Of a stretch of DNA of 64,000 bases, positions 12,083 to 23,623 are shown one piece after another. Source of the stretch: Macrostomum lignano (Eukaryota); assembly GCA_002269645.1 (NCBI GenBank), contig NIVC01000150.1, positions 620,001-684,000 on the forward strand, in the 5' to 3' direction. Position numbers and translations under genes: made by a program. Below the pieces are notes generated by a model. It did not search any database and had not been told where the DNA came from. It saw nothing but the letters and a program-made list of their open reading frames with translations. Every line of letters begins with the position of its first letter. Position 1 is the stretch's first letter.

Positions 12083-12659
12083 CAGGCGAGAAAAGGAAAG
12101 CTAAATTGTAAATCAGCCTGGCTGGGGGCTGAAACATGCACACGCACTGGATTTTGGATTTGGTTTTTCATGTTTTCCTGCGCAACCATTGAGTCTTAGT
12201 GCTAATTTCCATCGACTCGAAAGAGCAGATTAGCGCATTTTTTGCGAGTGACATCCAGCTATTCTTGTGGTACAAATATATCAAGCCACAACCGCGAAAA
12301 CTACTTAACAGTAGTATTATATGATTAGCTCTACTAAACCCGAAGAACACTGAAACCTGAATAAAAATGCTGACCTGAACCTTATGTGAAAGAGATTAAT
12401 AAAGTAGAAGAGTAGTGAGTTAACCCACTGTATGCAGTTAAGGCAGTTCGGATGGCCAATGATGAATAAAGTTTCTGGGGCAAGAACGGGTCTGCTTCTA
12501 ATCCAGGTATCCAGAAGTTTCTGTGTACAAAAAAACTACTAAGCCCAACGCCATTGCTGAGACGATAAAAATTGCTTGGATTTCAAACAGAAGGAACTAC
12601 CTAGGGTCCAGGAAAAACCTAGGCTGGCACAGCCCTGCAACAGATAGCAAATTCAGTTT

Positions 12660-14672
12660 TTACTTTTTAAATTTCTCAAACACCTGTCTAACCTGGTCAA
12701 ACACTCGATCGGGCTCAAGCTCGCCGTTGACTTTGAACACCAGGCCCGCCCGATCGTAGTGATCCAGTATTGGCATGGTGTCGCGAACAAACGATTGAAA
12801 CCGTTTGCGCAGTGTCGCCTCATTGTCGTCCAGGCGACCGCTGCCACGGCCGAGACAGCGACCAGCGCAGACGTCGTCAGAAGCGTCGATGAGCAGGACG
12901 CCGCGGACAATGGCTTTGGTTGACATCTGGCGATTCCAGCCGTCCAGGTTGTCCTTGTTGCGAGGGAATCCGTCTATGATGAAGTTTACCTGGAAAATGT
13001 TTAATCAGGCTAAATGCCGAGATTGTGAGATTTGATTCACGCATTGATATTTGATTCTAAGATGGTGAGATTTGATTCTTGATGGTGAGATTTGGTTCTG
13101 GTATTGTGAGATTTGATTCTGGATGGCGAGATTTGATTATGGGATTGTGAGATTTGATTCACGCATTGAGATTTGATTCTAAGATGGTGAGATTTGATTC
13201 TTGATGGTGAGATTTGGTTCTGGTATTGTGAGATTTGATTCTTGATGGTGAGATTTGGTTCTGGTATTGTGAGATTTGATTCTGGATGGCGAGATTTGAT
13301 TATGGGATTGTGAGATTTGATTCTGGTATTATAAGATTTGATTCTGGGATTGTGAAATTTTATTTTGGATGGTGAGATTTGGTTCTGGTATTATAAGATT
13401 TGATTTTGGGATTGTGAGATTTGATTCTGGGTTTGTGAGATTTGATTCTGGATGGTGAGATTTGGTTCTGGTATTATAAGATTTGATTTTGGGATTGTGA
13501 GATTTGATTCTGGGTTTGTGAGATTTGATTCTGGATGGTGAGATTTGGTTCTGATATTATAAGATTTGATTTTGGATGGCGAGATTTGATTCTGGGATTG
13601 TGAAATTTTATTTTGGATGGTGAGATTTGATTCTGGGATTGTGAGATTTGATTCTGGATTGTGAGATTTGATTCTGGATTGTGAGATTTGATTCTGGATT
13701 GTGATAATTGATTCTGAATGGCGAGATTTGATTCTGGGATTGTGAGATTTGATTCTGGCATTATAAGATTTGATTCTGGGATTGTGAAATTTTATTTTGG
13801 ATGGTGAGATTTGGTTCTGGTATTATAAGATTTGTTTCTGGGATTGTGAAATTTTATTTTGGATGGTGCGATTTGATTCTGGTATTATAAGATTTGATTC
13901 TGGGATTGCGAAATTTTATTTTGGATGGTGAGATTTGATTCTGGTATTATAAGATTTGATTCTGGGATTGCGAAATTTTATTTTGGATGGTGAGATTTGG
14001 TTCTGGTATTATAAGATTTGATTCTGGGATTGTGAAATTTTATTTTGGATGGTGAGATTTGGTTCTGGTATTATAAGATTTGATTCTGGGATTGTGAAAT
14101 TTTATTTTGGATGGTGAGATTTGGTTCTGGTATTATAAGATTTGATTCTGGGATTGTGAAATTTTATTTTGGATGGTGAGATTTGATTCCGGGATTGTGA
14201 GGTTTGATTCTGGACGGTGAGATTTGGTTCTGGATGGTGAGATTTGATCCTGGCATTATGAGATTTGATTCTGGATGGTGAGATGCGGAGACTTGATTAT
14301 GGATGGTTAGATTCTATTCGAGAGCAGTCTGAGTTAGTTTGAGCTTATTTTAATAACGCAAGATTTTATGCTAAGAAAACTAGATTAGTCCTGAGCCATA
14401 CACACCAGCCCCTTCTCCTGGTGAAGCGTGTCCATTCGCTTCTCCAACAGGCTGCAGGTGATTTCAACCGGCACAATCTGGCCGTCTCGCATTCTCTGGG
14501 CAATCATTTCGCCGTGCGGCGAGCCGGACTGGACTTCGATTCTGAGCAGCTCGCCAGCCGACATGTGTCCATAGCCGAACTCAGACACAATCCTGTCGCT
14601 CTGCGTGCCCTTGCCGCAGCCGGGCTTGCCCAGAATGAATACAACATTATAGGCTGGCGCATCGCCCGACAT
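12660..14672 (-). CDS. CMPK1: UMP-CMP kinase, 2 exons, about 198 aa
   Basis: complement(join(12660..12989,14406..14672)), phase 0. P-loop LGKPGCGKGTQ, HMSAGELLR, GQIVPVEIT, FIIDGFPRN, RLDDNEATLRKRF. Confidence 0.93.
13020..14300. repeat. ~21-22 bp minisatellite filling the CMPK1 intron
   Basis: GATTGTGAGATTTGATTCTGG variants with ~62-bp higher-order blocks. Confidence 0.95.
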
Positions 14673-15149
14673 TTCTACTGGTTTGGGAGAATCTGCTGGC
14701 GCTGACGCCGTTGGATTTGAGCCACCGGTTGTTGGGTCAATTGCTGCTGCTGCTGTTGTTGAAGCCTCTATTCAGTTGCTAGCTTGTACTACAGAGCCTG
14801 GCGAGCTGGAGCAGTGTGACAGCAAACGTTTCCTTAAAAATTGAGCTTTAAACCCCAAGCCGGCAAACTCCAACCTGCGAGGCCTCTCTATACAGTCCTC
14901 GGGTCCCTTAAAACTTACCAATAGCATTGTGACTTGTTCAACGCTCTTCTCTCTTCTTTTCTTCCATATCTCATCTCTCCTCTTCTCTCACCTCTATTCC
15001 CTCTTTTCCTCTCTTATCTGGCTTTTGAGATAAAAAAAGTTAGCCAACCCCTGTGCTATCTGATATTAAAATAATTTTTTTAAACAAAAAGATGCCCTAA
15101 ATTGAAATGATATAGTCAACAAAAGTAAATAATACTAATAATAATTGAT

Positions 15150-15410
15150 TACAACTGCCCTATTGGTCACATGCGCAACCAACAGCTCACCCGCAGCTAA
15201 GAACTGTGGGGGGGGGTTGCCACATGTACCCTCAATTACCCCATGCCCAGCTAATGCTGGCACACTTTTTACAGCTGGGTGAACTGAAGCAATATCTAGA
15301 TACAGAGTTAAATGTCTAGCTTAAGGATACAAATTGTTCCGATGGGATTGTGAATTGAACCCCCGACATTCTATTCATGAGTCTGGGGCTTTAAACACTA
15401 GACCACAGCT
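15150..15410 (-). mobile_element. Decayed copy of the tRNA-derived SINE also found at 41980-42261
   Basis: Shares CCCTCAATTACCCC, CAGCTAATGCTGGCAC, TTTTACAGCTGGGTGA and ACAAATTGTTCCGA with the younger copy. Confidence 0.8.
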
Positions 15411-18400
15411 GAAGTAAGCAAAGCATAAAAGAATAATATATGATCAAAAGGACAATTGTATTTGCATATATTTGAGACACTATACATAGGATAATTATGG
15501 ATTCAAAAATTATAGCAAAAGATCATGACTTATGCTAAAGATAATGGTTACTTTGATTGCCTATACTAAAAAGCAAGGGAAAAATTTGGTCCAAGCAAAC
15601 CAAATTGCAAGCAAGATAGCAGATATGGTTTATAACACTATGTTATAAGATGTATTGAGAATATTTGGCTTTAAGCACTTGTTAAGCAATGTTTAAATAT
15701 TTCAAGAAGATCATGAAATTCTAAATCCTATTTACTAAAAATTATTTCAAAAGTTGTTTAGTCAAGAGAAAAAGAACTGCAAACCAGCAAATTTGAATAA
15801 TACCAATGGATGATGCTCTAGATAGCTTTCTTAAAAGATCTATTAAATGATTTCATGGAGGAACTGGAGGCTCTGCCAGTAGTGCACCCAGCCCTGCCAG
15901 CAGTGCACCTGGCCCTGCCAGGAGCTTGGCCTTAAGCTCTGCCACTAATACTAGCAGTTTGGCCTGAACCTAAAGCTAAAGGTTCACACCACCACCAGTG
16001 CCTGAAGCTTGGCCTAAAGCTCTACACCAGTCCTGCCAGCAGCTTGGCCTATGGCAGTCCTTTATAATGGTTCTCCCTATGGCAGTCTTAATAAGCTCTT
16101 ATATGCATATTATATAAATTATAAGATTGTTGCATATGTGTAGGGCAATCTATATTTTTATAATTCAATATTTTTAAACTTGTGCCAAAAACTAGGCAAA
16201 TGATTTGTTATAATGTACGGAAAATATTTTTGTGAATTAATTTTTGTTTAAAACTACTGAAAATTTTAGTATGAATGGACGCGATCTGAGCCAAGGAGAG
16301 AGCAACTTGCCTTCGTGCAGTTCCTACGAAAGAAATGAGCATAATAGGAAAGGAGTGTTCCAAATAAATATAAGAGGAGCCAATTTCCGAGTTATTCATT
16401 TGTAGACATAAGAGTGAAGTAGACCAAAGCATATACAATATACATTATTGAGAAGTGGAAGTAGTAAGAGGATATGAAGTAGATCCGAAGTCAATAAATA
16501 ACTGGAGGCTGTGACCCTCTGATCTTGGTAACGCCCAAGGACTTGCAAAGTACATGAAATGCATATACCAATATAGCTAGTTGACTACTCAGGCCAAAGG
16601 TACAGTAAACGCTACTGGAATCAGAATAAATGCTGCCAGAATAACAGAGGAATAATACTTATAAGGGCTAATAGTTTCCAAGAATAATCCTGGTGGGAGC
16701 TACCAACTTAACAAGAAAACTTAAAGATTAGTGTAGGAAGCTAGCCCTAGAACAACTTTAGTGGCAGCATAAGGACTAGGCAGAGGCTAAGAATTAGGAC
16801 TTTATAGGACAGAGCCAAGAGGCCTAGCACACATACTAGGCCTATACATAGGCCTATGACAAATAAGTTTACATTTAATTAGAATGAAAATTATTAACTA
16901 AGTTTATGATATGCCTTACTCTCATAAAAATGATAGTCCACTAATAAAATAATTTAACGTGCGAAACTACAGGATAGCCATAACTTGTATTATATATAGG
17001 CCTATATATACTTGGGCCTAGGCCTATGCCATAGCAAATGCTAATTAATTGCACTCAGTGTTGGGCACCAATCTGTTAATAACTAAGTGTTAATCTATTA
17101 ATAAAAATTAATAAGCATTAAGATTTTTAGTAATGTTAATGGACTGCCATTAAGATTTTTTCAATATTGTAATAATATTAATTAACTTAACTGTTCATAA
17201 AGTTCCTAGGCCTAGTAATTTTGTCATATGGGTGTCTGGAGTGCTCACCTTGACTATGGTCACTTTTTCATCTTAATTAGCATGCACTACCTGAAGAGAG
17301 TCATTCCAACTTCAAGTGAATTAATGTGGCAATCAAACATATTTATTTACTTGGAATCCTAATGATATAGTCATTTTGTCATCTTGATTGATAAAACCTG
17401 TCAATCGATTGGTTCTGCTTGCCGCAGCTTATAGTTATTAAACAAAAAATATTTTACAATAACTTAACTCCCACCCACACAGATTGATTGGTTGATGACG
17501 AAGTATCCAGCATAACTAAATATTTTATATTTGGTCACTTCGTCATATCATTTTTCAAGCTACTTTGCTTCTTCTAGTCACTTCGTCATCCGATACTACT
17601 TCGATCAGTCATCACTACTGTAGAAAAAACAAGTTTTAATAGTATTTACGATGTAAAATTCAATTTTTCTAAAATACGATTGTTTCTCTTTTACTTTAGT
17701 TACTTTCTTGTAACTTTCAATGCCCTAGACAAGTTGTTATAATATTAAAACTTTTTGAAAAAAAGAACATGCCGTTGTGCCTTCGGAATTCTCAATCGCA
17801 TGTTCTGTCCGTTATGAAAGTAAGCTTTGAAATTACGAATAAAGACATAACTTAAATGTATTAAGATGTGTTTACAGAAATTCCGCGAACAACTAGTTGT
17901 ATTTTTGCGTTAACTTTAGCCTAATACATTTAAACAGTATCATGTGAAGTATGCATTATGCATAAATAAACATTCAAGACTGAAATGCCCTGACTGGCTG
18001 GGTGGATTAAAAAACGAACATGCATCCTTTATATCACATGTATGAATTCATGTAACATAGCTTCTTTGCTTTAGCCAAGCCTAGTTACATGGTTTATTAT
18101 TCTATGTCTTTAATTGCCAATGGCAATTGTAGCACCAGGACCAGAGCCAGCACCAGGACCATACAAATAAGCTCGCCACTATTTTTTTGGCAGTGCTAGG
18201 CTTATCCTGTACGTGCCCACTGCCAGTCAAATATGCTTGTCACTATTTAGCTAGCTACATTTGTAATATAATTTATAATTTATAAAATATTTCTTGTTTT
18301 GATAGGCCTAAACAGTTAATTAGATTAATAAACCTTTTTAAGTCTGACAGAATGTTCTCCATTGTCCATTGTAAAATGAATGAGGCATTTTTCATTCCCA

Positions 18401-19669
18401 TCTATTAAACTTTTGGCACTTCTTATAATGGTTAGGCCTAATAGATCCTAGGTAGGCAGACCTAGCTTTGTCCAATCTATTAGTCTATTGGCATATGACC
18501 AAGATAGCCGCATACCAAGATGGCTGCATACCAAGATGGCTGCAACTCTAAATGTATAAATAGATAATAATAAGCCTATATTATGTATATATATATATAT
18601 ATATATGCACTCAATTCTTATTTTTAAAACATTAAATATTATAACAGTAAATTGGTAATTTTTTTAAGATAGGCCTGTGCTATAAGAAATTAGATATATT
18701 AATAAAAGGTGCCCATATGAAACATTTCAATCTCTTGGCCTAAAAAAATCTAGTGAATAAAGACGCTGTCATCTTTAAAGGTGGGACAATAGTTTATTTG
18801 CTCATTATTGTTTATGACCCAAATAAAAAACAAAGCTATATTCAATTATTATATGCTCACCCCATACTATGCCTCCATTTGACTTTGCTGTTGGGTAGAA
18901 TAGGTCATAAATAAGGGGGCTCGCCATCCCCCACAGTCCACACCCCTGGCTTTAATAAGGTTTTAGTCCACCTATACAATGTACACAGATCTAATTGTTG
19001 TAATGTTAAGATGAAAAGGCACAACATCTGCTACCAATATGTATAAAAGAATATATTTTATAGTAGATAAATGTAGAATTGTGGCTGCACTTTGAGTTTT
19101 AAAGTTACTCTTAAAAATAAAAGTAATTTAAGTCACATTTAATTTAAAAATTTTTAAAAGGTTGAAATGCAAAATTTCTATTTGCTACAAATTTCAAAAT
19201 AAAAAATAATTGTACCACTTGGGGTTCAAACCCTATTACAGCAATTACAAGGCAAGTCACTTATCCCATATGCATGTGTGATAGGCCTATAATATACGCA
19301 TTTTACATTGATTGATTGCCAAAAGCAGCCAATTCTACTATTTTTGCTGCTTTTTCATACATTTCTGCTCACTTTCTCTACTCACTTTCTAAATAGGTCT
19401 TACTTAAAATGACAGAAGACTATGTCTAGCCATAAAACATAATTGTATGCTAGTCAAGACTTCTATACTTTTAAAAAGAATCGTTAGAATATAGAATTTG
19501 CAATTTGGGTATCATTTTTTCTAAAACCAAAATGTTAGGTTAATGTATTGGGATCATTTAGCAATACATATATTAAGTCTATTTGTTTTATATATGCTTT
19601 ATTTTAATTATTTATTTTTGCATTTTTTTATTTTGACCTATTTACAAATATTTCAGACTGATTGATAAA

Positions 19670-20755
19670 ATGAAGTTAACATTGGAGTTTGGAGGTGGAG
19701 CAGAATTTCTTGTTGGCAATGTTAAAAAGCATACAATTGATCTGCCAGACACGCAGCAATGTAAATAGTTGGCCAGTTTAGTGATATTTACTCTTGTTAT
19801 TTTATCTTAATATAATGTCAACTAGCTGATGACCACGCTTCCATTTTATAGGGACCCTTGGGCAGTTGCTAGAATGGATCAAAGCTAATAAGCTGCAAGA
19901 GAGACCAGAGCTCTTCCTGCAAGGATCTTCTGTGTAAGCTGTTTTCAAACTTGTGTAGTTTTATTTCCTTCCTTATGGCACATTTAAACCAGCTCTCCCT
20001 GTGTCTTCTATTACTGATTTTAGTCGGCCAGGCATTCTTGTACTAGTGAATGACACTGATTGGGAATTGCTGGTAAGCCATACTGAGCAATGGTGGAGGG
20101 TAAAGCAGTTCAGCAATAAATGCGTCCGCAGCTCTCACGCCACAACCAGTCCCATGCGTGGCCACATTTATTTGTGACTTGTTTATGGGGTTGTCTTGCA
20201 ATTCACACCCATGAGCACAGAACACCACAATGCTCATTCAGGCACCCTGAAGAAAAAAACTTTCGTTTTGTGCTACTCTTCCAGTGAAGCTGTGGGAAAG
20301 TAGTAGGGAGAAGAATCACCATAGACGATGTCACACGCATGGGCTTGTGATTTTTGCTTTGTGTTTTTGAGTAATCATGGATAAGCAGTGCAGGCAGTAA
20401 TCTCAAGCCTATTCAGTGCCCATAAGGGCAAACCCTCAAGTCACAGTGTACAAATAAAATTTTTTCGGTCTGTTGTACACCCTGTGTGAGCGCGTGCTGT
20501 GCCCTACGTACAGTATTTGCACATTTGTATGCCTCGCTACTGGTTGTGGGACAATGTTGCCAAATGCTTTGCGCCAGGTTTGCCGCGGCCCTCCTGTGAA
20601 TAATTTGTTTAATAATCTTAGCAACTAAAATATTATAGGTCTGCTAACAACTCTGTGTCAAATGTCACTGTTTTCATCTATTTTAGGGCGAGCTATCCTA
20701 TCAGCTGAAGGACAATGATGATGTGGTATTCATATCCACTCTGCATGGCGGTTGA
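19670..20755 (+). CDS. URM1: Ubiquitin-related modifier 1, 4 exons, 96 aa
   Basis: join(19670..19760,19852..19933,20024..20072,20687..20755)=291 nt; MKLTLEFGGGAEFL...[50 protein letters not shown]. Absent from the ORF track because the exons are short. Confidence 0.96.
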
Positions 20756-20991
20756 AATTATTGCCAACAATGACTTCGATTTCTGCAATTAGATGTAAAT
20801 ATTGATTCTCACTGTCTTCAACACAAAAATCTTTACTGTCATTTGCTGTCCTCAAACTATTGTATATTGTTGTTGTAGTTGAAAAGACGAGTGTGATCAG
20901 ATTAAACAAGAGGTACCTCCATTCAATTAGCATCAGTGGACCATCTGAATAAATCACAATGTGAGCAGCTGGTGTAACGCAAATAGACAGC

Positions 20992-21183
20992 CAGTGGCGT
21001 ACGCGGGAGGGGGGGTGACGGAGGTTAGTGGTGCGGAAGTGCGGAGGAGGCTGATTAGCACTTTCCGCCGCTCTCCACCTTTTACTGGACAGGCTATACT
21101 TTAAAGAAGGTTCTTTATTGTCGCAAGCCACCAAAAACGGTCTTTTATTGTTGCCCCCCATGGAAATCCTGCGTACGCCACTG
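20992..21183. mobile_element. hAT-like MITE
   Basis: 13-bp TIRs CAGTGGCGTACGC / GCGTACGCCACTG; flanks TAGACAGC and GACACAGC (6/8 match). Confidence 0.75.
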
Positions 21184-21524
21184 GACACAGCAGGTGTTCT
21201 GCTTTTATCAGGTTCGTTTTGTTTATATTTTAATTCCAATGAAACAATTCCCTATGGTGCCAGGTCCCATGGATGTAGCAAATTTATACTCGCTAGCCAC
21301 TGCGGTTGATATGAAAATCATAAGAAAGTTTAAATATAATGACTTCAATCCTTCTTTAAAAATGATTTTGTTTCCTGTGCGTAAGCACAAGATTAACAAT
21401 TTGGAATAATTGTTCAGTTACGAGATCTGTCTACCATCTTTCTTTTCCCAGATCTATGGGATTGGGATATTGTAGTTGTAGCTCGGTGTGAAAGTATCCA
21501 AAAGAAGTTAGTGTACCTATAGGA

Positions 21525-21700
21525 ACAACAACACAATACTCAGTTAGCGTCACAGGGCGCGCCTCAAGGCCAGGTCGCGAATGAACGACACGCCGCCGGC
21601 TGAATCCGGGGCGCCGGCGTCAGCCAGCAGGCAGTCAACGTCACAGCTTAGGTCGAGCGCTAGCTTTGCCGGTGCCCATCTCCGCCAGGCGGCCTTGGGC
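21525..21700 (-). mobile_element. 3' fragment of an RTE-type LINE
   Basis: VDCLLADAGAPDSAGGVSFIRDLALRRAL* parallels YVDCLLRDARAPDTANRADFVRSQALRRAI* at the end of the 27-28 kb LINE; followed by a short GTT tail. Confidence 0.72.
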
Positions 21701-22452
21701 TTGTGGCAGTTCAGCGTCCCTACCTGAAGCGTGCCATGTGGTACGGCTGGAGCTTGATATAGATGAGCCTCTGGGTCCCTAGCGCCACCCAGAAGATCCG
21801 TATGGGCCAGCGTGGCAGCAGCTCGGCGGGAAGAACCACGTCGCCGACCACGCTGATGCTCAACACGCCGACGCTCGCTCCGCTGCCCTCGCTTGATCCT
21901 GCCGGTGTTGGCCGCCGCAGCAGTTAAGCGCGGCTCACCGCACTGACCACTTGGAATTGAAGCGGCACTTACTTGCACCAATGTGTAAATCTATTTGCAC
22001 CTATAGGAAAAATCATCCTTTGCAGTAGCTAGCCTAAATCACAGTAAAATCCATTGTTATAAAGCTGTAATCTAAATATTTTATAAATGTTTTAGAATAC
22101 ATCAGCTAAACTCTCGAAATAAGGTACCTATGCTTTTCTTCATCCGGATTGTAAGCAAACAATCGAGCAGCTATACTTTATTAACTTTATGAAAAGGCGA
22201 GTAAAGATATCGTACATAATAACTTTTTTATCTGTCTTATCTTCTGACTGAAACATTTCGCAATAATTTTTAGAGACAAGAAGAAACTTTGCGCCAAAAA
22301 TTGAAGAAGTATTCATTCTTTATTTGTCGCAGCGAAGGGCTCCTAACGCACAAGAATCCACGAATAATGTTCATATCATAGATTGGTTCTATCAGAACCC
22401 ATTCACTAACTAAAGCGTCGCAATCTTGTGGTCTTTTAGAGTCGCATCACTT

Positions 22453-23541
22453 TCACTTGCTATCATCCTCGGGAGTTGGAGATGGGCGCGGCCTTCGTGG
22501 ACGGTTCTCCCTCTTGTCGTCATCCTCCTTAGGAGTTGGAGATGGACGCGGCCTTGGACGGTTCTCCCTCTTGTCGTCATCCTCCTCGGGAGTTGGAGAT
22601 GGACGCGGCCTTCGTGGACGATTCTCCCTCTTGTCGTCATCCTCCTCAGGAGTTGGAGATGGACGCGGCCTTCGTGGACGGTTCTCCCTCTTGTCGTCAT
22701 CCTCCTCAGGAGTTGGAGATGGACGCGGCCTTCGTGGACGATTCTCCCTCTTGTCGTCATCCTCCTCAGGAGTTGGAGATGGACGCGGCCTTCGTGGACG
22801 GTTCTCCCTCTTGTCGTCATCCTCAGGAGTTGGAGATGGACGCGGCCTTGGACGGTTCTCCCTCTTGTCGTCATCCTCCTCAGGAGTTGGAGATGGACGT
22901 GGCCTTGGACGGTTCTCTCTCTTGTCGTCATCCTCCTCAGGAGTTGGAGATGGACGCGGCCTTCGACGGTTCCCCCTCATGTCGTCATCCTCCTCAGGAG
23001 TTGGAGATGGGCGTGGCCTTCGACGGTTCTCTCTCTTGTCGTCGTCATCACTATCGTCCTCATCATCATCCTCCTCAGGAGTTGGAGATGGACGCGGCCT
23101 CGATGGACACGGCCTTGAATGACGGTTCTCCCTCTTGTCGTCGTCATTACTATCGTCCTCATCATCATCCTCCTCAGGAGTTGGGGATGAACGCGGCCTC
23201 GATGGACACGGCCTTGAATGACGGTTCTCTCTCTTGTCGTCGTCATCCTCCTCGGGAGTTAGAGATGGACGCGGCCTTGGACGGTTCTCCCTCTTGTCGT
23301 CATCCTCCTCGGGAGTTGGAGATGGCGGCGGCCTTGGTGGACGGTTCTCCCTCTTGTCTGCATCCTCCTCAGGAGTTGGAGATGGAGGAGGTCTTGGCAT
23401 CTGTAATTTTTCCGATTTTTCCTTGATTTTTGCACTCTGGTAAAGAGGGCTTCTCCAAAGTTATTGCATTTTAGAAACAGTCGAATTTCTTACCGCAGCA
23501 GCCACTGCAATTGTCACCAGAAGAAGCACAATCAACTTCAT
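22453..23541 (-). CDS. Secreted multi-repeat precursor with signal peptide and 13 KR dibasic sites, 331 aa
   Basis: complement(join(22453..23400,23494..23541)), phase 0; exon 1 = MKLIVLLLVTIAVAAA|gtaag; TATA box upstream; AATAAA at 22319-22324 (minus). Confidence 0.85.
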
Positions 23542-23615
23542 GTTGTCAGGAGTAAAGATTTGACCAGCTGTAATTTGACCAAACTCCAAAGATTTGGTTG
23601 ATTTCTGCTGGTACA

Positions 23616-23623
23616 TTTATATA
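23616..23623 (-). promoter_or_regulatory. TATA box (TATATAAA) of the secreted precursor gene
   Basis: 75 bp upstream of the ATG at 23541. Confidence 0.55.

Noticed and set aside
14673-14770. In-frame open extension upstream of the CMPK1 ATG
   Set aside because: About 32 open codons but no ATG before an in-frame TGA, and no upstream exon found; left as 5' UTR or unresolved.
15480-16060. Possible decayed transposase (MDDALDSFLKR...)
   Set aside because: Multiple stops and no diagnostic motif; cannot be assigned.
20100-20640. snoRNA or LINE remnant in URM1 intron 3
   Set aside because: No convincing C/D or H/ACA layout; the GGPRQTWR similarity to LINE C-termini is too short.
22410-23443. Alternative-frame and antisense ORFs over the secreted precursor
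   Set aside because: The repeat lacks stops in several frames; only one frame joins the signal exon in phase.
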